From an uncultured Spirochaetaceae bacterium (lineage in GTDB: Bacteria > Spirochaetota > Spirochaetia > SZUA-6 > DRHE01), in NCBI GenBank assembly GCA_964495755.1, contig CAZBXU010000001.1, forward strand, positions 14,798 through 62,993: 48,196 nucleotides of DNA. The letters run 5' to 3'. A model generated the notes under the pieces. The model was not told where the DNA came from, did no database searches, and worked only from the letters and a program-made list of their open reading frames with translations. The translations under genes were made by a program, and so were the position numbers. Positions 45,345 to 48,196 of the stretch are shown one piece after another (the stretch's first letter is position 1; each line of letters starts with the position of its first letter).

Positions 45345-46244
45345 TTAAAATATCTCTCCTTCGCTCATGCCGGCAGGGGCGCCGACGATTTTTTCCAGCC
45401 GGTACTCCAGGATGTCCACAGCTCCCGCCGCTATGAGCCTGGGGATGAGCCGCGGCACCTCCTGAATGGGTACTGCGGCCTTGACGGCAAAACCGCTGTT
45501 GTTATGCAGGGGGGAAACCGTGGGAGCGCGCATGCAGGGCAGAATCGCGATGACGCCCTCGAAGCGATCCGAAGGTACATTCATCTCCAAAAGCACCCGA
45601 CTGTCCGCCATGAGGACCCCCCTCATCAGGGTGACCATCTCCTTAAGGCGGTTGCGCTTCCACGGGTCCTGCAGGGAAGTTGGGTTCCCGATAAAACGGG
45701 TGGTAGAGCACATGAGGCGCTCCACGATAACCAGCTGATTGTGCCACAATGTCGCCCCCGTGGCTGTATTGTCGATGATGATATCTGCATCTTCCGGCGG
45801 CATGGCTTCGGTGGCGCCGTGAGTACGCAGAAACACGGCCTCGAGCCCATTTTTTTCAATAAAGCTCTTGGCTAGGTTCTGGTATTCAGAAGCCACCACA
45901 ACAGGCTGTCTCCGCCAAGCCTGCTTGGCTGCCAGTTTCGCGGGAACCGCGACCACCACTTCCACCGGGTCGAATCCCAGGTCGGCCAGTTCTACCACGT
46001 CGGCTCCCTGCTCCACAATACAGTCGTAGCCGGTGAAGCCGCAGTCATGCCGCCCCAAATTTACCAGCTTGGGAATATTTTGGGGTTTCAGCATCTTGGC
46101 AGTGATAGCGGGATCGCTGCATTCAGGGCGATAGGAGCGGTCGCTCAGTATAAACTCGATGCCGATGCGGGCCAGGATGCGGAGAACCTTGTCCTGGATG
46201 CGGCCTTTCGGCAGGATCATATTCAGCTTTCTTTCTCGGGGCAC
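45345..46244 (-). CDS. hisG: ATP phosphoribosyltransferase HisG, long form with a C-terminal regulatory domain
   Basis: ..KLNMILPKGRIQDKVL.. N-terminus. C-terminal LEMNVP..PTVSPL..VDILEYRLEKIV regulatory block. The preferred start is GTG at 46244, 5 nt after GGAGGAGG; an alternative ATG lies at 46220. The track start at 46277 abuts the leader terminator U-tract and has no SD. Confidence 0.9.
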   Translation of the reverse strand: MPRERKLNMILPKGRIQDKVLRILARIGIEFILSDRSYRPECSDPAITAKMLKPQNIPKLVNLGRHDCGFTGYDCIVEQGADVVELADLGFDPVEVVVAVPAKLAAKQAWRRQPVVVASEYQNLAKSFIEKNGLEAVFLRTHGATEAMPPEDADIIIDNTATGATLWHNQLVIVERLMCSTTRFIGNPTSLQDPWKRNRLKEMVTLMRGVLMADSRVLLEMNVPSDRFEGVIAILPCMRAPTVSPLHNNSGFAVKAAVPIQEVPRLIPRLIAAGAVDILEYRLEKIVGAPAGMSEGEIF

Positions 46245-46277
46245 GTTATCCTCCTCCGGCACCGCGGCAGAAAGCAT

Positions 46278-46304
46278 AAAAAAAAGCCCGCTGCCGCGGG
46301 CTTT
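46278..46304 (-). terminator. Intrinsic terminator within the his operon 5' leader (attenuator terminator)
   Basis: The minus strand reads AAAGCCCGC-GGCA-GCGGGCTTT followed by TTTTT (8 consecutive T in total). It sits between the His-rich leader ORF and the hisG SD. Confidence 0.7.
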
Positions 46305-46330
46305 GATCTTTCTAGTAGCGATAGAACGCG

Positions 46331-46414
46331 CTAAAGTGCACGCCGACCTCCACCCGCATGTGTGGTATCGTGGGGGAGATGATGGTGATGCACAGAAACG
46401 CGCTTGTCCGTCAT
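46331..46414 (-). CDS. his operon leader peptide (hisL-like), 27 codons: MTDKRVSVHHHHLPHDTTHAGGGRRAL
   Basis: The minus strand reads GAGAGGA-N9-ATG ACG GAC AAG CGC GTT TCT GTG CAT CAC CAT CAT CTC CCC CAC GAT ACC ACA CAT GCG GGT GGA GGT CGG CGT GCA CTT TAG. It has four consecutive His codons and six in total. It lies between a promoter-like element and the leader terminator, upstream of hisG. Confidence 0.65.
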   Translation of the reverse strand: MTDKRVSVHHHHLPHDTTHAGGGRRAL

Positions 46415-46448
46415 AAAATTCTGTCCTCTCGATTCATTCTAAGCAGCT

Positions 46449-46478
46449 AATATAGGTTATTTGGAGATTAGCTGTCAA
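46449..46478 (-). promoter_or_regulatory. Sigma-70-like promoter candidate of the his operon
   Basis: The minus strand reads TTGACA-N18-TATATT. The -10 element ends 34 nt before the leader-peptide ATG. Confidence 0.4.
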
Positions 46479-46870
46479 GTCCTCGCGTCGCCTTACTAAA
46501 TAACTACCTGAAAGGGCGCCGTCGCCCTGGGCCAGTTTCTGGGCGTTGCCAGCAACTATGTGTTCGCAATCCACAGAGCACCGGAAAGATGAGGCTGACT
46601 GTAGATTGACGGAAGTCAGGTCGTATATCGGAGATCTCCACCACATTCTTCATTTCAAGCCTCCTATCGCATAATATGTGTACAGTTGTTCTGTGTTAAG
46701 TCAAGCTTCGTGAAGATCGTGTGGCGACGATTTTACCTAATGGGCTGACTCTTTGCGAAGGTATTATGGCGCATCTGTAGGTTTCCGGCAAGAATGAGAT
46801 CCCCGGTGAATGTTTTCCTCGCCCACCACCCAGTGGGGGACATACGAGAAGCTGCAGCTATCAATGAGTA

Positions 46871-46898
46871 TTGACACGTAACGGGTTACACATATAAA
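46871..46898 (+). promoter_or_regulatory. higBA promoter candidate with an embedded palindromic operator candidate
   Basis: TTGACA (46871-46876)-N16-TATAAA (46893-46898). A perfect inverted repeat GTAAC-GG-GTTAC (46878-46889) sits in the spacer. The higB ATG is 12 nt after the -10 element, and no SD is present. Confidence 0.4.
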
Positions 46899-46910
46899 TT
46901 TATTGGTAGA

Positions 46911-47189
46911 ATGATAAGGTTGTTCCGGCACAAAGGATTGAGCGAGTACTATGAAACCGGAAACAAAAGAGGCATCAATCCGGACCATGCCTCCAAATTG
47001 GCGCGCATTATAGATAGGCTAGACGCATCTGTTCGGCCTTCTGATATGAACTTGCCGGGCTACCAGCTTCACCAATTATCAGGGCAAGAGAAGGGAACAT
47101 GGTCTGTTCGAGTGAGCGGAAACTGGCGTGTTACATTTAAGTTTGAAGGTGAAGATGCCACAGATGTTGATTATTTGGACTATCACTGA
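46911..47189 (+). CDS. higB: Type II toxin HigB (RelE/ParE superfamily 'killer protein')
   Basis: 92 aa. MIRLFRHKGLSEYYETG..GI..LARIIDRLDAS..PSDMNLPGYQLHQLSG..KGTWSVRVSGNWRVTFKFEGEDATDVDYLDYH is the typical HigB pattern. The toxin-first gene order fits HigBA. Confidence 0.85.
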   Translation: MIRLFRHKGLSEYYETGNKRGINPDHASKLARIIDRLDASVRPSDMNLPGYQLHQLSGQEKGTWSVRVSGNWRVTFKFEGEDATDVDYLDYH

Positions 47190-47207
47190 ATATCGGAGGG
47201 AAAGATT

Positions 47208-47501
47208 ATGATAATGAGGAAGCCTATCCATCCCGGAGAAGTCCTCTTAGAGGATGTGATCAAGCCCCTTGGGCTTACCGTGACTGAAGCCGCAAAAAAC
47301 CTTGGTGTTTCTCGGAAGACACTTTCTGAGCTGGTTAATCAGAAAGCAGCACTCAGCCCCGAAATGGCTTTAAGGATTGCAAAGGCAACAAATACGAGCC
47401 CGGAAAGTTGGTTGAACATGCAGACGAAATTGGATCTATGGAATGCTTTACAACACGAACCTGAAAACGTCTCGGAGTTTTCTCATCAACTGGTAAGATG
47501 A
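47208..47501 (+). CDS. higA: Type II antitoxin HigA (XRE-family HTH)
   Basis: 97 aa. GGAGGG SD. PIHPGEVLLEDVIKPLGLTVTEAAKNLGVSRKTLSELVNQKAALSPEMALRIAKATNTSPESWLNMQ. Confidence 0.85.
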   Translation: MIMRKPIHPGEVLLEDVIKPLGLTVTEAAKNLGVSRKTLSELVNQKAALSPEMALRIAKATNTSPESWLNMQTKLDLWNALQHEPENVSEFSHQLVR

Positions 47502-47581
47502 GATTCAAGTCGTTTTCGCAAAGGTACCCCGGCCTTATACCACATAAGAACTTTGATTTTCCCGAATTTCGGGCAAACCAC

Positions 47582-47610
47582 TTGATATATGCATATCGTA
47601 TGTATATACT
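47582..47610 (+). promoter_or_regulatory. brnTA promoter candidate with overlapping palindromes; predicts a leaderless mRNA
   Basis: TTGATA-N17-TATACT. The GTG start of brnT is 6 nt after the -10 element. Palindromes ATATGCATAT (47587-47596) and GTATATAC (47602-47609) overlap the -35/spacer and the -10. Confidence 0.4.
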
Positions 47611-47616
47611 AACAAT

Positions 47617-47889
47617 GTGGATGTCGTTTGGGATCCTGAAAAGGCGAGGTTGAATCTAAAGAAACACGGTGTCCGATTTTCGGATGCTGAAATGGTGCTA
47701 TTCGATCCCAACGCGCTCACCAGGGAGGATATGGAAATCGAGGGCGAGCAACATTTTGTGACCGTTGGAATGGATGCCGTCGGTCATATCCTCGTGGTCG
47801 TTTATGCGTATCGCGGTGAAGATATCCGATTGATATCAGTTCGGTCCGCGACTAAAAGAGAGAGAATGCAATATGAAGAAGGAATATGA
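47617..47889 (+). CDS. brnT: Type II toxin BrnT (DUF497 ribonuclease family)
   Basis: 90 aa. VVWDPEKARLNLKKHGVRFSDAEMVLFDP..ILVVVYAYRGEDIRLISVRSATKRER. Confidence 0.85.
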   Translation: MDVVWDPEKARLNLKKHGVRFSDAEMVLFDPNALTREDMEIEGEQHFVTVGMDAVGHILVVVYAYRGEDIRLISVRSATKRERMQYEEGI

Positions 47890-48124
47890 TTTCTCCAAAG
47901 CCAAGCGTGAAGCGGTAGTTCCTCAAAAGGGGAAGACAAGAATCAGCATCTATATCGACAACGATGTTCTGGAGGAGTTCCGCCAGCGGTCGGATGAGTC
48001 TGGCAGAGGGTATCAAACGATGATGAATGAAGCTCTTCGAGAGTATTTAGGTAAATCACGTCGTCCTGTAGATGAAACTACTCTGCGCCGAGTTCTTCGT
48101 GAAGAACTAAAGACTGTAGGATAA
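47873..48124 (+). CDS. brnA: Type II antitoxin BrnA (RHH/CopG-like)
   Basis: 83 aa, overlapping brnT by 17 nt. ..GKTRISIYIDNDVLEEFRQRSDESGRGYQTMMNEALREYL is the typical BrnA C-terminal RHH block. Confidence 0.8.
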   Translation: MKKEYDFSKAKREAVVPQKGKTRISIYIDNDVLEEFRQRSDESGRGYQTMMNEALREYLGKSRRPVDETTLRRVLREELKTVG

Positions 48125-48196
48125 CTATTTTCCAGATCCCTAGCACCTAACCATGCTTTATCCGCAAACCTTCACCCCTTAGATTGCCAACTCCAC

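Noticed and set aside
46434-46646. 70-aa minus-strand ORF in the his-upstream spacer
   Set aside because: It has no SD. It runs through the hairpin and into the his promoter, and the translation has no recognisable features. A different-frame 49-codon ORF with a strong SD is reported instead, at low confidence.
47561-47573. CCCGAA-T-TTCGGG hairpin after higA as a possible terminator
   Set aside because: The stem is very short with a minimal loop, and no U-tract follows on the plus strand (CAAACC). This is insufficient to call a terminator.
1-48196. Search by eye for CRISPR arrays, rRNA, tRNA, IS elements or transposases, and long direct or inverted repeats
   Set aside because: I found no regularly spaced repeats, no T-loop (GGTTCGAATCC-like) context with a cloverleaf in any intergenic region, and no transposase- or integrase-like ORF. 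The only repeat structure is the intragenic acidic repeat. Absence cannot be proven without tRNAscan or cmsearch.

Overview
This is a 48.2-kb, gene-dense, GC-rich bacterial chromosomal segment. It carries about 45 protein genes on both strands, many with 1-4 nt start/stop overlaps. I recognised no rRNA, tRNA, CRISPR array or transposase.

Gene content from left to right:
- An mcsA-mcsB-clpC protein quality-control module, with mcsB interrupted by a single in-frame TAG.
- A 969-aa secreted TPR protein and an orphan LeuA/CimA-family synthase.
- efp and epmA, separated by a decayed CsgG/LpoB-like gene.
- An M16C (PreP-like) peptidase.
- A sensor kinase paired with a sigma-54-type response regulator, followed by RNase Z.
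- A GldA/F/G-like ABC-2 transporter with a DUF4340-like partner.
- A membrane protein with a degenerate GGDEF domain, and a Memo-like (AmmeMemoRadiSam B) protein.
- A translationally coupled 4-gene operon: hyper-acidic repeat protein, GAF protein and two Maf/DUF115 paralogues.
- An ftsB-like gene, tsaC and lon.
- recO, thpR, a pyrimidine-nucleoside phosphorylase, recJ and an M23 peptidase, then rpsU.
- A his operon in the order hisG-hisB-hisH-hisF-(hisA::hisIE fusion).
- An AT-richer islet with HigBA and BrnTA toxin-antitoxin modules at the right edge.

Signals most worth a second look, none of which the ORF track shows:
1. A 27-codon His-rich leader peptide (…HHHH…) plus an intrinsic terminator between a promoter-like element and hisG, i.e. 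a candidate ribosome-mediated his attenuator.
2. A single ORF fusing HisA, HisI and HisE.
3. The in-frame TAG at a conserved position of mcsB.
4. The acidic-protein/GAF/Maf/Maf operon, which has a sigma-28-like promoter candidate.

The taxon cannot be determined without a database search. The gene mix is reminiscent of a free-living spirochaete-like diderm, but that is only a guess. All family assignments come from motif recognition by eye, not from searches.
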